DNA of 64,000 bases, from positions 35,278,001 to 35,342,000 of the forward strand of contig NC_047025.1 of the NCBI RefSeq assembly GCF_902652985.1, in the 5' to 3' direction. A program made the translations under genes and the position numbers. Below the pieces are notes generated by a model that saw only the letters and a program-made list of their open reading frames with translations, had not been told where the DNA came from and made no database searches. The DNA comes from Pecten maximus (lineage: Eukaryota). Shown here piece by piece: positions 37,863 through 51,319 of the stretch (positions within the stretch are counted from its first letter, which is position 1; every line of letters begins with the position of its first letter).

Positions 37863-38744
37863 TATTTAAATTGCTACAAGAATCTGCCATGCAAACATAG
37901 ATGTTGCCAGGTACTTTTCATGAATTTTGTTTTTTATTCCATCTTATCCAAGGCTATAAAGTTTAGGGGTTATCAAAATAGTTATTAATCATTATACATC
38001 CTGTCAAATGAGATTTAATTTGTTGGGTTTTATGTCAAATATCCAATTTATAAGTGTTCATACATTTTGTTATCCACAAATTCGATTTTTTAATAGACTA
38101 ATTAAGGACTTCTAACAAATGATTAAAGTGTCTTTTATCATGAGAAAATGAGGTATTTAAATTAGAGTACCGGTACATGCAATGATCAATCTTTCAATTC
38201 AGTTTCAATACCTGTATAGCCACCATAAATGAGAAATGATGTGACAATTTTTTTATTTCCACTTGAGCCAGTACGTGATCTTAAGTTGGTAATTTCTCCG
38301 GTAAACTATGGCCATTATTTAAATCTCTGCGATAACTAAGAGGGTTGATTCAAAATCTATTTTTTAACATAAATCTTGATTATTGACAATGTCCATCATG
38401 CATGTGTATATGTTATTAAGCTATTATCCATTAACAAGGCAATTCAAAGGAATGAGATTTATTGATATGAAAGGAATATATCAGGCATAAAGATAATGCT
38501 TTAATACTACCGATTGTAAATTTTTTTTTCTGGAAATCTAACTTTTTTTTAAAGCCACACCAAGGTCAGATGTATTTTTTGTACAAGGTATGTCAAAGGC
38601 ATTCTGCTGTTGATTGGAGTCTAGTTCAGTATTATTGGCCTGTATTTCAAACAGTGTTATATCAAAAAAATAATCCTATCTAGTAAAATAGCTTTAAAAT
38701 TCCCACTTCTATAGGTTATAGGTAAAATATCCATTCTGACAGGC

Positions 38745-39560
38745 TGTATGTAAAATCCCCAACCCTATAGGCCATATGTAAAATCCTCACCCCTATAGGC
38801 CATATGTAAAATCCCCACCCCTATAGGCCATAAGTAAAATCCCCAACCCTATAGGCCATATGTAAAATCCCCACCCCTATAGGCCATATGTAAAATCCCC
38901 ACCCCTATAGGCCATATGTAAAATCCCCACCCCTATAGGCCATATGTAAAATCCCCACCCCTATAGGCCATATGTAAAATCCCCACCCCTATAGGCCATA
39001 TGTAAAATCCCCACCCCTATAGGCCATATCTTAAATCTCCAACCCTATAGGCCATATGTAAAATCCCCACCCCTTTAGACCGTATCTTAAATCTCCAACC
39101 CTATAGGCCGTATCTTAAATCTCCAACCCTATAGGCCGTATCTTAAATCTCCAACCCTATAGGCCGTATCTTAAATCTCCAACCCTATAGGCCGTATCTT
39201 AAATCTCCAACCCTATAGGCCGTATCTTAAATCTCCAACCGTAGAGGCCGTATCTTAAATCTCCAACCCTATAGGCCGTATCTTAAATCTCCAACCCTAT
39301 AGGCCGTATCTTAAATCTCCAACCCTATAGGTCGTACTATCTTAAATCTCCAACCCTATAGGTCGTACTATCTTAAATCTCCAACCCTATAGGCTGTATG
39401 TAAAATCCCCAATCCTATAGGCCGTATCTTAAATCCCCAACCCTATAGGCCATATCTAAAATCCCCACCCTCAGAATGTATGTAAAATCTCCACCCCCTA
39501 TAGGCCATATGGAAGATCTCCACCCCTTAAAATGTATGTAAAATCCCCATCCAACAGACT
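38745..39560. repeat. 28-bp minisatellite with two segregated subtypes
   Basis: ccctataggccatatgtaaaatccccac to ~39060, then ccctataggccgtatcttaaatctccaa. Confidence 0.95.
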
Positions 39561-39595
39561 GTATGAAAAATTCCCATCTGACAGACTGTATGTAA

Positions 39596-40597
39596 AACAA
39601 GAGGGCCAGGGCCAATGGTCATCTGACAATTGAATCATTATTATATAGAAGGCAAAATTACAGTCCCCCCCCGTTAGGGGCCACGCCACTTGGGCCGATG
39701 GGTCACAACAGTCTCATTTATATAAAATAACACTGCCCTCTTCCAATTATATTTCACAGCAAATTGGGATGTAATCCACCAAAAAGTTAAGAAGAAGTAG
39801 GGTTTAAAAGCAAAAATTCACCGAACTTCCCCTTTTGGGGCCCTGCAACCCAGGCCCCAGCGTCAGACCAGCCTCACTTATATAAAATATGATCCCTCTC
39901 CCCAGTGATGTTTCACATTAAATTTGGTTGTAATCTTCTTAAGGGTTCAGAAGGAGTAGGGTTTTAAAGCAAACATTCACTGAAGTTCCCCATCTGGGGC
40001 CCCACCACTCAGGCCCCAGGGGTCAGATCAGCCTCATTTATACAAAATATGATTGCCCTTCCCCAATGATGTTTCATACTAAATTTGGTAGTAATTGTGA
40101 CGCTTTGGAGTTAAGGAGGAGTAGCGTTTTAAAAGGAAAAGTTGATGCAGGACGGATGCAAGACGCATTGACCAAAGCACATTACAAGTGTAATTTGGTC
40201 AATGACCTCTCCGTGTGGGTTGAAATTCGGAATTAGTTTTTTTTAAAGTAGGTCAAAGGTCAACAGGTCTACAAATAAAGTACTAATGGAAAGGTCTTGT
40301 CACAAGAAAAATATATGTTAAATATGAAAGCCTTATCTCGTATAGTAACATTTAGTGGCCAAGGTTAAAGTTTTTTAAAGTAGGTTAAAGGTCATGGTCA
40401 AGGTCAGCAAATATAGTACCAATGTGAAGGTCTTGTCACAAAGAACACACATGTCAAACCTTCATCCTGATTAGTATTGACCCAACACTGTTCTATAAAA
40501 ACTTCAGCCTAGCTGTCTAAGGATGCTGATGACATAGATACTGACCCCGGGGGTATAGTATAAGCCCCCCTGGACTTTGACCGGCCAAGTTAATAAA
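39596..40597 (+). mobile_element. Degenerate HINE-like element(s)
   Basis: aacaagagggcc start, ~170-bp internal repeats (cagcctca.ttata.aaaatatgat...gatgtttca), ggacggatgc microsatellite remnant, a second fragment with aaggtca motifs and a terminal hairpin. Confidence 0.5.
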
Positions 40598-41307
40598 ACA
40601 GAAAATACATGACCAGTTTGAAAGTGATAAGTCAAGATCTGCTCTTAAACATACCACATAAAAATGTCAACTGGAGTCAAGACATGCCAACACTGGCATA
40701 TTTCAGCAGATTAAACAGAAATGTGTACACATTGTAATTAAATTATTGTATATGTTGATAACAAGCTATAGATGCTGTGTCAACAGTGAAGGTGTATAAT
40801 GGGCACTGTTGTTGCTGTGTGTGACCTGGAGACAAACAAACTATATACCGCTAAGGTCAACGCAAGCTCTTTTGTCTGTTATCGTGGACACTCGAGCTAT
40901 TGTGTCCAACCCAAGAGGTACAAATATTGATGGAGTGTGATGGATTTTAATTCAAAAGCAAAATCAATCCTCTCCTATGATACTTGTAGAAAGGAGGTAT
41001 TGATTAGGTTTATACAGGTAGATTATACAGGTGACAGACACGCAGGTATAATAGTCATGGTAGGTATGTAGGTATAACCTCCGTGTATAAAGGTACCAGG
41101 TAAGAATCCAGGTGATACACAGCAGATAATTAACACAGCCTGGTAAGCTGTGAACAGAGACAATAGCTTCACTTTCTAATTACAAACCTCAAAACCACAT
41201 TAACTATGGAGTATTCCATCATTCATATTTACTTTATAGTTTAAGCTGTTTTCAATGATTAGTTAAAACTGAAGACTTTATAATGACAACCTGTGTAAAC
41301 CAGTCAC

Positions 41308-42220
41308 AATAAGAGAGATCCCAGATGGATCTTGGTGCCTACAACAGAATGATTGTTATCAGTCCTATGAATAAGGTTAATCATTTCTCCACTTTCCTTT
41401 CTTCCCCTCTTCATTTTAATTTGACAACAAGTATATATCTCTCTATGTATGAAGTCGAAAAAAGATCAAAGAAGAATTTTCTAAGATAAATCCATAACAA
41501 ATTTCCACTGTCAAAATCAAAGATGGTCACATGTTGGCCAGTTTGTTATCTTGATCCAAATCAAAACTGAATGGACAAGACTAGGGCGAAAGGAGAACCT
41601 TAATATAAAGCTTGAGAAATATTCATCAATGAATAGTGATATATAACTCTCAAAATCCAAGATGGTTGACAGTTGGCCAAAATTGAATGGGCACAACTGG
41701 GGTCCAGGGACTGATCTACAAATAAAGTTTCAGAAATATCCTAGTACTTCTGAAGAAATAGGGACTGCATGGAACCTACACATTAAGTTTTGGAATTATC
41801 CTTCCAGTACTTCTCAAGAAATAGTGATATCAAACTTTCAAAGTCAAAACCAAAGAAGACCAACTTTCATCTATTTTGTTTTATCTGATTAGTCCCACAA
41901 TCAATAGGGCACAACTTACGTGTAGGGACCAAGTGCGAAGAGGAACCTTGAGAATGATCCATCCAGTACTTCTCAAGAAATAGTGATAACAACAATTGTT
42001 TAAGGACAGATGTCGTATGACAGAAGAAAGGAACCCTGACCATAAACACAGGGCGATTTGAACAGTCTCCATCATCTGATGATGGCGAGATAATAAACAG
42101 AACATTACTTGGTGAAATGGTGGACACATAATTTCTGAGAAAGAAGAAGGTTGGGCTTATTACAGGACAACGAAATAGCTTGCATTGGCATTCTAATTAA
42201 CTGTAAAGTATAACTATTAA
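41308..42220 (+). mobile_element. Degenerate HINE-like element related to the element at 21993
   Basis: Start gagatcccagatggatcttggtgcc; repeated ccagtacttctcaagaaatagtgata motif. Confidence 0.45.
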
Positions 42221-42246
42221 CTTAGTACAGACAACTGGCTTATTAC

Positions 42247-42276
42247 CTGATAAATAGACACCTGTTGTCTAATCCT
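42247..42276 (-). CDS. Candidate 30-nt microexon (RIRQQVSIYQ in phase 0 or GLDNRCLFI in phase 2)
   Basis: Acceptor aattccttttacag, donor CAG|GTAATA, length divisible by 3. Splice signals are the only support. Confidence 0.25.
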
Positions 42277-42447
42277 CTGTAAAAGGAATTTGATAGTACA
42301 TATATTAAACATCAAATTTCAAGCTTTAAGTGTGAGCAATGTCCATTGCAGGAGCTGAAGAATTCCTGTTGGACACAGTATATGAAACAATATAATCAAA
42401 TTTTATCATTGAATCACAGAATAATTATCTAGATATTGAAAATTACC

Positions 42448-42925
42448 ATCACATTCTCACATATCTGTCACATTAAATGATAATGACAGTCACATTCTCA
42501 CATATCTGTCACATTGAGTGATAATGACAGTCACATTCTCACATATCTGTCACATTGAGTGATAATGACTGTCACATTCTCATGTATCTGTCCTATGGAC
42601 TGAAAATGACTGTCACATTCTCACATATCTGTCCCATGAGTGAAAATGACTGTCACATTTTCACATATGTCACATGAGTGAAAATGACTCACAATCTCAC
42701 ATATCTGTCACATTGAGTGATAATGACTCACATTCTCACATATCTGTCCCATGGAGTGGATCTGGCTCACATTCTCACATATCTGTCACATTGAGTGATA
42801 ATGACTCACATTCTCACATATCTGTCCCATGGAGTGGATCTGGCTCACATTCTCACATATCTGTCACATTGAGTGATAATGACTGTCACATTCTCACATA
42901 TCTGTCCCATGGAGTGGATCTGGCT
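42448..42925. repeat. ~39-41-bp minisatellite
   Basis: Unit cacattctcacatatctgtcacattgagtgataatgact, alternating with a ccatggagtggatctggct variant. Confidence 0.93.
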
Positions 42926-42950
42926 GGGTGCCTAACCTTTACGACTTCCC

Positions 42951-42972
42951 GCCAAACAGCAGGGGGCGGCTA
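42951..42972 (+). promoter_or_regulatory. Possible CTCF-binding site in a short GC-rich unique island
   Basis: gccaaaCAGCAGGGGGCGgcta matches the CTCF core CA(C/G)CAGGGGGCG. Motif match only. Confidence 0.3.
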
Positions 42973-43774
42973 TTTGGGTTATTAGGGGTGTATGGTGATT
43001 ATTTATCAGAGACGGTGGGGGAGTGCCAAACCGATGACAATCTTGTCACCAAATACACACAGTTCACCTGGTTGGTTCAGAATTAGGTGAGAATGACATT
43101 CATTCGCACTAAAATATCTCCCTTTTATCATCTGTATTTCTTATATTGTCAAAGAGATTCCATGACCGATAATAAAAGGTTGGTTCCTCTATATCACATT
43201 TGATCTGGTGGAGTCGAGATACAAAAAAACAACTTTTGTCAAGTGGCGATGGTGAATACTGTGAAAAGATTTCCAGATCATACCGATTCCTACCGACAAA
43301 TATTTTTTTATTTTATTTTTTATTTTTACATTTAATTCTTGAATAATTGTAATGATTGTAAAAGCTGACAAAGAAATGCTATATGATGCTGGTCTGACTG
43401 GATTTTAACTGACATTGGATATTGTACCTGTTTAAGTTTACCATTATCACTCGAGTAAAAGATCAATATCAATTTTCGTTTTACTATATATAAAGTACCA
43501 CTACTAGTATTTTCTAGGGTGCAGTGTTTACCAAAAAGACCTCCTAGTTTCTCTAGTCAATGAATGCTATTCAATTACAGAATTATTTCTTTGAATTACA
43601 GGTTTGTTTGTACCAACACATATAAGTAAATGCCATACTTTAAAATTCGGTCAAGATTAGCAATACACAATGGTCGGCCTGTCCCACTGTCAGGTGGACT
43701 CCCATATTAGTGTACAGTTACATCCGAGTACTCCAGTACCTGATTCACCGATTTAAGTCCCAGCCATACTGTCC

Positions 43775-44670
43775 CACAGTGTATCCTCAATGTCTTGGTT
43801 CTGTACCGCTAGTTATATATACAGATGTTCAGAAGTGTCACAATATTGACCACGGTGTGAAGTGTCACAATATTGACCAGGGTGTATCTGAGATATCTCG
43901 GTTCAGTACACAGATGTTATACAGATGTACAGAAGTGTCACTATATTGACCACGGTGTGAAGTGTCACTATATTGACCACGGTGTGAAGTGTCACTATAT
44001 TGACCACGGTGTGAAGTGTCACTATATTGACCACGATGTATCCGGGATATCTCGGTTCTGTACACAGAGGTTATACAGATATTCAGAAGTGTCACAATAT
44101 TGACCACGGTGTGAAGTGTCACAATATTGACCACGGTGTATCTGAGATATCTCGGTTCTGTACACAGAGGTTATACAGATATTCAGAAGTGTCACTATAT
44201 TGACCACCGTGTATCCGGGATATCTCGGTTCTGTACACAGAGGTTATACAGATATTCAGAAGTGTCACTATATTGACCACGGTGTGAAGTGTCACTATAT
44301 TGACCACGGTGTGAAGTGTCACTATATTGACCACGGTGTATCCGGGATATCTCGGTTCTGTACACAGAGGTTATACAGATGTACAGAAGTGTCACTATAT
44401 TGACCACGGTGTGAAGTGTCACAATATTGACCACGGTGTATCCGGGATATCTCGGTTCTGTACACAGAGGTTATACAGATGTACAGAAGTGTCACTATAT
44501 TGACCACGGTGTGAAGTGTCACAATATTGACCACGGTGTATCCGGGATATCTCGGTTCTGTACACAGAGGTTATACAGATGTACAGATGTATCACAATAT
44601 TGACCACGGTGTATCCGGGATATCTCGATTCTGTACACAGTGATTATACACATGTTCAGATGTATCACAG
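43775..44670. repeat. Compound 27-bp + 73-bp repeat (100-bp higher-order unit)
   Basis: cacggtgtgaagtgtcactatattgac interleaved with cacggtgtatccgggatatctcggttctgtacacagagg...; 100-bp period at 44332/44432/44532. Confidence 0.95.
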
Positions 44671-45174
44671 TGACCTATTTATATGTGCACTGGGTTTTAT
44701 TTTTTAAATGAAAACTCCTTCAAAAGAATTAAATGGTTTATGAGAAAAATCAAACAAGACTAATATTTTAATTCTTAATTTTATAACAGAGGAATGTTGA
44801 AAATGAGATTTCCCTGTTAGCAAACGGTACAACTAGCGCATTACTTGTATAACTATCAGTTGATTTAACTTGTTTCATGATTGTTGTAAAATAAATAAAG
44901 TTTAAAGTTTTAAAGTGCAGATCAGTCAGGTATGGAACTTTCTGTATTTTTCAATTATAGTGCACCCATCCTTTTGGTTTGCTTATACAGTTTGTATTGT
45001 TTTAAGTAAATGAGAATAGACAACAAAGGTTATTTCTTTTTTCACAAAGTATGCTTATGAATTGGGGAAGCATTAAAAAATATTTTGACAAATTTCAAAT
45101 TATTGAAAGACTGTATATTAAAAATTGAAAAATAAGAACATTTTATGGAGTTCTAAAACCACAATAACAAAGGC

Positions 45175-45312
45175 TTCCTTCCTAATCAGAGCGCCAGAAG
45201 ATCAGATATCTGGTACAGGGTTCCTTCCTAATCAGAGCGCCAGAAGATCAGATATCTGGTACAGGGTTCCTTCCTAATCAGAGCGCCAGAAGATCAGATA
45301 TCTGGTACAGGG
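45175..45312. repeat. 46-bp perfect triplication
   Basis: ttccttcctaatcagagcgccagaagatcagatatctggtacaggg x3. Confidence 0.95.
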
Positions 45313-45754
45313 TATCACATAGGAAATGACTTTCATTAAAGAATGGAATCAATGCTATAATTGGCTATATACAATTATATTCTGAAGACTATGCCAAATA
45401 TTTCATTTGATATTCATATATATTAAAAAAAAAAGCACATTACTAGAAGAATGTCAACTTAAAGATATTTTTTTACATAGCTTTGTATTGAAATCAACTT
45501 CAAACCTTTCTTCTGTCAGCTAGGGACATGGTAATCTGTCTGAGTAGCCTAACTCTATTCAATTTGTTACACTACGTAAACAGGTACAGCAGCCCAAAAT
45601 ATCATACAGTAATTTGTCTTGTGGCTGATAAGTGGAAAGGTGGAAATCAAAAACAATTTAAGACATTGTCTCATTGAATTTTTGGTAAAAACCCAAACTC
45701 CTGTGGTCCTTAACATTATCAGCACCTATCAATGTATATGACCTCTGCATGCTA

Positions 45755-47828
45755 TTTCTCTATATCACTGAACTTGAGTCCCTCTTCGGTGTATAACTGA
45801 GCTTCAGTCCCTCCCCTGTATATCATTGAGGTGGAGTCCCTCTCCTGTATATCATTGAGGTTGAGTTCCTCCCTGTATATCATTGAGGTTGAGTCCCTCT
45901 CCTGTATATCATTGAGGTTGAGTCCCTCTCCTATATATCATTGAGGTTGAGTCCCTCTCCTGTATAGCATTGAGGTTGAGTCCCTCTCCTGTATAGCATT
46001 GAGGTTGAGTCCCTCTCCTGTATATCATTGAGGTTGAGTCCCTCCCTGTATATCATTGAGGTTGAGTCCCTCCCTGTATATCATTGAGGTGGAGTCCCTC
46101 CCTGTATAGCATTGAGGTTGAGTCCCTCTCCCTGTATATCATTGAGGTTGAGTCTCTCTCCTGTATATCGTTGAGGTTGAGTCCCTCCCTGTATATCATT
46201 GAGGTTGAGTCCCTCTCCTGTATATCATTGAGGTTGAGTCCCTCCCTGTATATCATTGAGGTTGAGTCCCTCCCTGTATATCATTGAGGTTGAGTCCCTC
46301 CCTGTATATCATTGAGGTTGAGTCCCTCCCTGTATATCATTGAGGTTGAGTCCCTCCCTGTATATCATTGAGGTTGAGTCCCTCTCCTGTATATCATTGA
46401 GGTTGAGTCCCTCTCCTGTATATCATTGAGGTTGAGTCCCTCTCCTGTATATCATTGAGGTTGAGTCCCTCCCTGTATATCATTGAGGTTGAGTCCCTCT
46501 CCTGTATATCATTGAGGTTGAGTCCCTCCCTGTATATCATTGAGGTTGAGTCCCTCTCCTGTATATCATTGAGGTTGAGTCCCTCCCTGTATATCGTTGA
46601 GGTTGAGTCCCTCTCCTGTATATCATTGAGGTTGAGTCCCTCCCTGTATATCATTGAGGTTGAGTCCCTCTCCTGTATATCATTGAGGTTGAGTCCCTCC
46701 CTGTATATCGTTGAGGTTGAGTCCCTCCCTGTATATCATTGAGGTTGAGTCCCTCTCCTGTATAACATTAAGGTTGAGTCCCTCCCTGTATATCATTGAG
46801 GTTGAGTCCCTCCCTGTATATCATTGAGGTTGAGTCCCTCCCTGTATATCATTGAGGTTGAGTCCCTTCCTGTATATCATTGAGGTTGAGTCCCTCCCTG
46901 TATATCATTGAGGTTGAGTCCCTCTCCTGTATATCATTGAGGTTGAGTCCCTCTCCTGTATATCATTGAGGTTGAGTCCCTCTCCTGTATATCATTGAGG
47001 TTGAGTCCCTCCCTGTATATCGTTGAGGTTGAGTCCCTCTCCTGTATATCGTTGAGGTTGAGTCCCTCCCTGTATATCGTTGAGGTTGAGTCCCTCCCTG
47101 TATATCATTGAGGTTGAGTCTGTCCCTGTATATCATTGAGGTTGAGTCCCTCCCTGTATATCATTGAGGTTGAGTCCCTCTCCTGTATATCATCGAGGTT
47201 GAGTCCCTCTCCTGTATATCATTGAGGTTGAGTCCCACTCCTGTATATGATATACAGGTCCCTCCCTGTATATCATTGAGGTTGAGTCCCTCTCCTGTAT
47301 ATCATTGAGGTTGAGTCCCTCCCTGTATATCATTGAGGTTGAGTCCCTGTCCTGTATAACATCGAGGTTGAGTGCCTCTCCTGTAAATCATTGAGGTTGA
47401 GTCCCTCCCTTGCATATAATCGAGGTTGAGTCCCTCTCCTGTATATCATTGAGGTTGAGTCCCACTCCTGTATATGATATACAGGTCCCTCTCCTGTATA
47501 TCATTGAGGTTGAGTATCTCTCCTGTATATCATTGAGGTTGAGTCCCTCTCCTGTATATCATTGAGGTTGAGTCTCTCCCTGTGTATCATTGCGGTTGAG
47601 TCTCTCCCTGTATATCATTGAGGTTGAGTCCCTCCCTGTATATCGTTGAGGTTGAGTCCCTCCCTGTATATCATTGAGGTTGAGTCCCTCTCCTGTATAT
47701 CGTTGAGGTTGAGTCCCTCCCTGTATATCATTGAGGTTGAGTCCCTCCCTGTATATCATTGAGGTTGAGTCCCTCTCCTGTATATCATTGAGGTTGAGTG
47801 CCTCTCCTGTATATCATTGAGGTTGAAC
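45755..47828. repeat. 28/29-bp minisatellite, ~70 copies
   Basis: Unit cctgtatatcattgaggttgagtccctc(t). Confidence 0.98.
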
Positions 47829-47839
47829 CCTGCTAATGT

Positions 47840-48215
47840 ACCAGCCCTGCCCACAATCCTACAAGTTGTGTTACCCTACCAGCCCTAAAACCCTACAAGT
47901 TGTGTTACCCTACCAGCCCTAAAACCCTACAGATAAGTTATTTTACCAACCATGTTACCCTATAGAAATTGTTCTCCTACCTACAAAGTGTGTTACCCTA
48001 CTAAACCTGAATCCTTCAAAATATGTTACAATACTAATCTTGAACCTTACAAATTGTGTTACCCTACTAAACCTTAACCCAATAAACAATGTTAACCTAC
48101 CAAACCTGAACCCTACAAAATGTGTTGCCCTACCAAACCTGAACCCTACAAAATGTGTTACCCTACCAAACCTGAACCCTATAAACAGCGCTACCCTAAA
48201 AATCTTGAATTCTAC
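47840..48215. repeat. Degenerate ~39-bp repeat
   Basis: tgtgttaccctaccaaacctgaaccctacaaaa variants. Confidence 0.8.
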
Positions 48216-48667
48216 AAATGATGTCATCCTTACAATAAAACCCTTGATGTTGACAGTTTTTCAACATAAATCAGCACCTCTGAAAACATGATAAATTTTA
48301 TAGTTTATAGTTTAAAATTTCAAAGAACAGAGTTTGTCTTCCAACCAATTCTCTTTTTTAAGGCATACAGCATGAAAGGAAGAAACAAGACAAGTTTCCG
48401 ACAGAAGAGGATGATCCAGGTATTTAAACAAATAGCTCACTTCAATTCTCATAAAACTGTGCTGATAAAAGCACAAATATTTTGATAAAAGTGTGCACCC
48501 TTGTTCTGAAGGCTGGTCTGGTAAAACAGATAAAGTCATCGGTGTGAATGTTTTAGACATTTACTGCCCTGTATACAGTTTGTATGTATCAAGTGCAGAA
48601 TTCAAGCTAGTTATTGGACATTCAAATGAAATATCACAGATCCTGAGAGAACAATTTACTGTCGAAT

Positions 48668-50292
48668 ACACAGTCATATAGCCATGCTTCACACAGTTAT
48701 ACAGCTATACTTCACAGTTATACAGCTATACTTCACACAGTTATACAGCTATACTTCACACAGTTATACAGCTATACTTCACACAGTTATATAGTTATAG
48801 TTCACACAGTCATATAGCTATACTTCACACAGTCATATAGCTATACTTCACAGTCATATAGCTATACTTCACAGTCATATAGCTATACTTCACATAGTCA
48901 TACACCTATACTTCACAGTCATATATCTATACTTCAGTCATATAGCTATACTTCAGTCATATAGCTATACTTCACAGTTATACAGCTATACTTCACAGTC
49001 ATATATCTATACTTCACACAGTCATAGCTATACTTCACACAGTCATATAGCTATACTTCACACAGTCATACAGCTATACTTCAGTCATATAGCTATACTT
49101 CACAGTCATATAGCTATACTTCACAGTTATACAGCTATACTTCACATAGTCATACACCTATACTTCAGTCATATAGCTATACTTCACACAGTTATACAGA
49201 TATACTTCAGTCATATAGCTAGACTTCAGTCATATAGCTATACTTCACAGTTATACAGCTATACTTTACACAGTTATACACCTATACTTCACACATTCAT
49301 ACAGCTATACTTCACACAGTTATACACCTATACTTCACACAGTCATACAGCTATACTTCACAGTCATACAGCTATACTTCACAGTCATACAGCTATACTT
49401 CACACAGTATAAACTAATTCACACTCTACACCATACTCACATATACGTATACTTCACACGTATATATACTTTACAATTAAGCTAACTTACAGTATCAGTA
49501 TACTTCAACATATACAGTACTTCACACATTATACAGCTATATCACCAGTTATAAAAGTATTCACACGTTATAGCTAACTTCACGTATACGCTATACTTCA
49601 AAGTTACAGCTCCTAAACGTTTACCATACCACAGTAACGCTTTCACACGTTTACCTACTCACACAGTCATATAGTTTTCAACAGTTTAAAGCTATACTTC
49701 ACAGTTATACAGCTATACTTCACATAGTCATATAGCTATACTTCAGTCATACACCTATACTTCACACAGTCATACACCTATACTTCACACAGTCATACAG
49801 CTATACTTTAGTTATACAGCTATACTTTACAGTTATACAGCTATACTTTACAGTTATACAGCTATACTTTACAGTTATATAGCTATACTTTACAGTTATA
49901 CAGCTATACTTTACAGTTATATAGCTATACTTTACAGTTATATAGCTATACTTTACAGTTATACAGCTATACTTCACAGTCATATAGCTATACTTTACAG
50001 TTATATAGTTATACTTCACATAGTCATATAGCTATACTTCACACAGTCATACAGCTATACTCCACAGTCATACAGCTATACTTCACAGTCATACAGCTAT
50101 ACTTCACACAGTCATATAGCTATACTTCACACAGTCATACACCTATACTTCACACAGTTATACAGCTATACTTCACACAGTCATACACCTATACTTCACA
50201 CAGTCATATAGCTATACTTCACACAGTTATACACCTATACTTCACACAGTCATACACCTATACTTCACACAGTTATACAGCTATACTTCACA
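48668..50292. repeat. 19-23-bp minisatellite
   Basis: Unit (ca)cagtYataYagctatacttca. Confidence 0.96.
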
Positions 50293-51319
50293 GAGTTGTA
50301 ATTACTAAAATCTAAATAAGAGAAAAACAAAAACATCCTCAGAAAGGAAACCTAAAGGTATTCTAGAGTCCCTGATGGTATTCAAGAGAAGAAAGGGAAA
50401 TTAAAATTAACTCATTTATACAATTCATACTTGATTAAGGTCAATCATGCCTGACATTTAAAAGAATTCTATTAAGTTCAAACTCCACACTTTATTAAAT
50501 CAAATCACTGAAATCAATATGTCATACTTTGTCATAAACTTTGGATGTTATTTCTGAGAATGAACACACGTAAGAACTGATATGTCCGTACTTTAAAACC
50601 AATTTAACAAAATTCATGTCATAATTCAGAATAAACATGCCATGCTCCAGAATTAATATATTCAAATCCAACTAACATTTTGAAATTCTGAAATTATATG
50701 TCAACGCTCAGAATCAATATATTGAAATTCCTATGTTACATCCTATATTACCATAAAGCAGCTTGGTTATACAAGAACAAAAATTGGAATATATATCTAA
50801 ATCAAAAACAAACACAGGGTCATAGCTTAAAAATAATGTAAAATCTTTGAACACATCGGCCATCCCGAGACTATTTGCTGATAGAAAAATGTAGTATTGG
50901 AGGATTCAGACAAATTTGCCGACCTCTCATGACACGAGTGTACATGCCAGTGTTCTTTGTATATATAAATCGTTCAGAAATGGATTACCAAGGCTAGGGC
51001 CTAATAACCATCTTACAGACTTCCATTGAAAGGCTTTTTTATTGGTTTGGCACTTTTCAGCTGCCACATCAAGAATAGTGTGTATAACCTTGAGGCTGTG
51101 TTGTTGATATTGATGTAATTGTTCTAATGAGAGTGATAAAAGAACCAATATTACAAATATAGCCTTTGTTCTGAATTGTATATAAATACACACACACATA
51201 TATATATACTGTTGTTATTCCTAATTGGCACTTCCTTACTCCCTAGACCCTCATCGTTGCCAATCTCACACTCATCTCAGCATCTTCCAACTCAGTATGA
51301 TGCCATGTCTCTAAAGACC

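Noticed and set aside
49405-49690. Deletion-riddled segment within the 19-23-bp array
   Set aside because: Abrupt, dense single-base deletions between clean flanks suggest a sequencing or assembly artefact.
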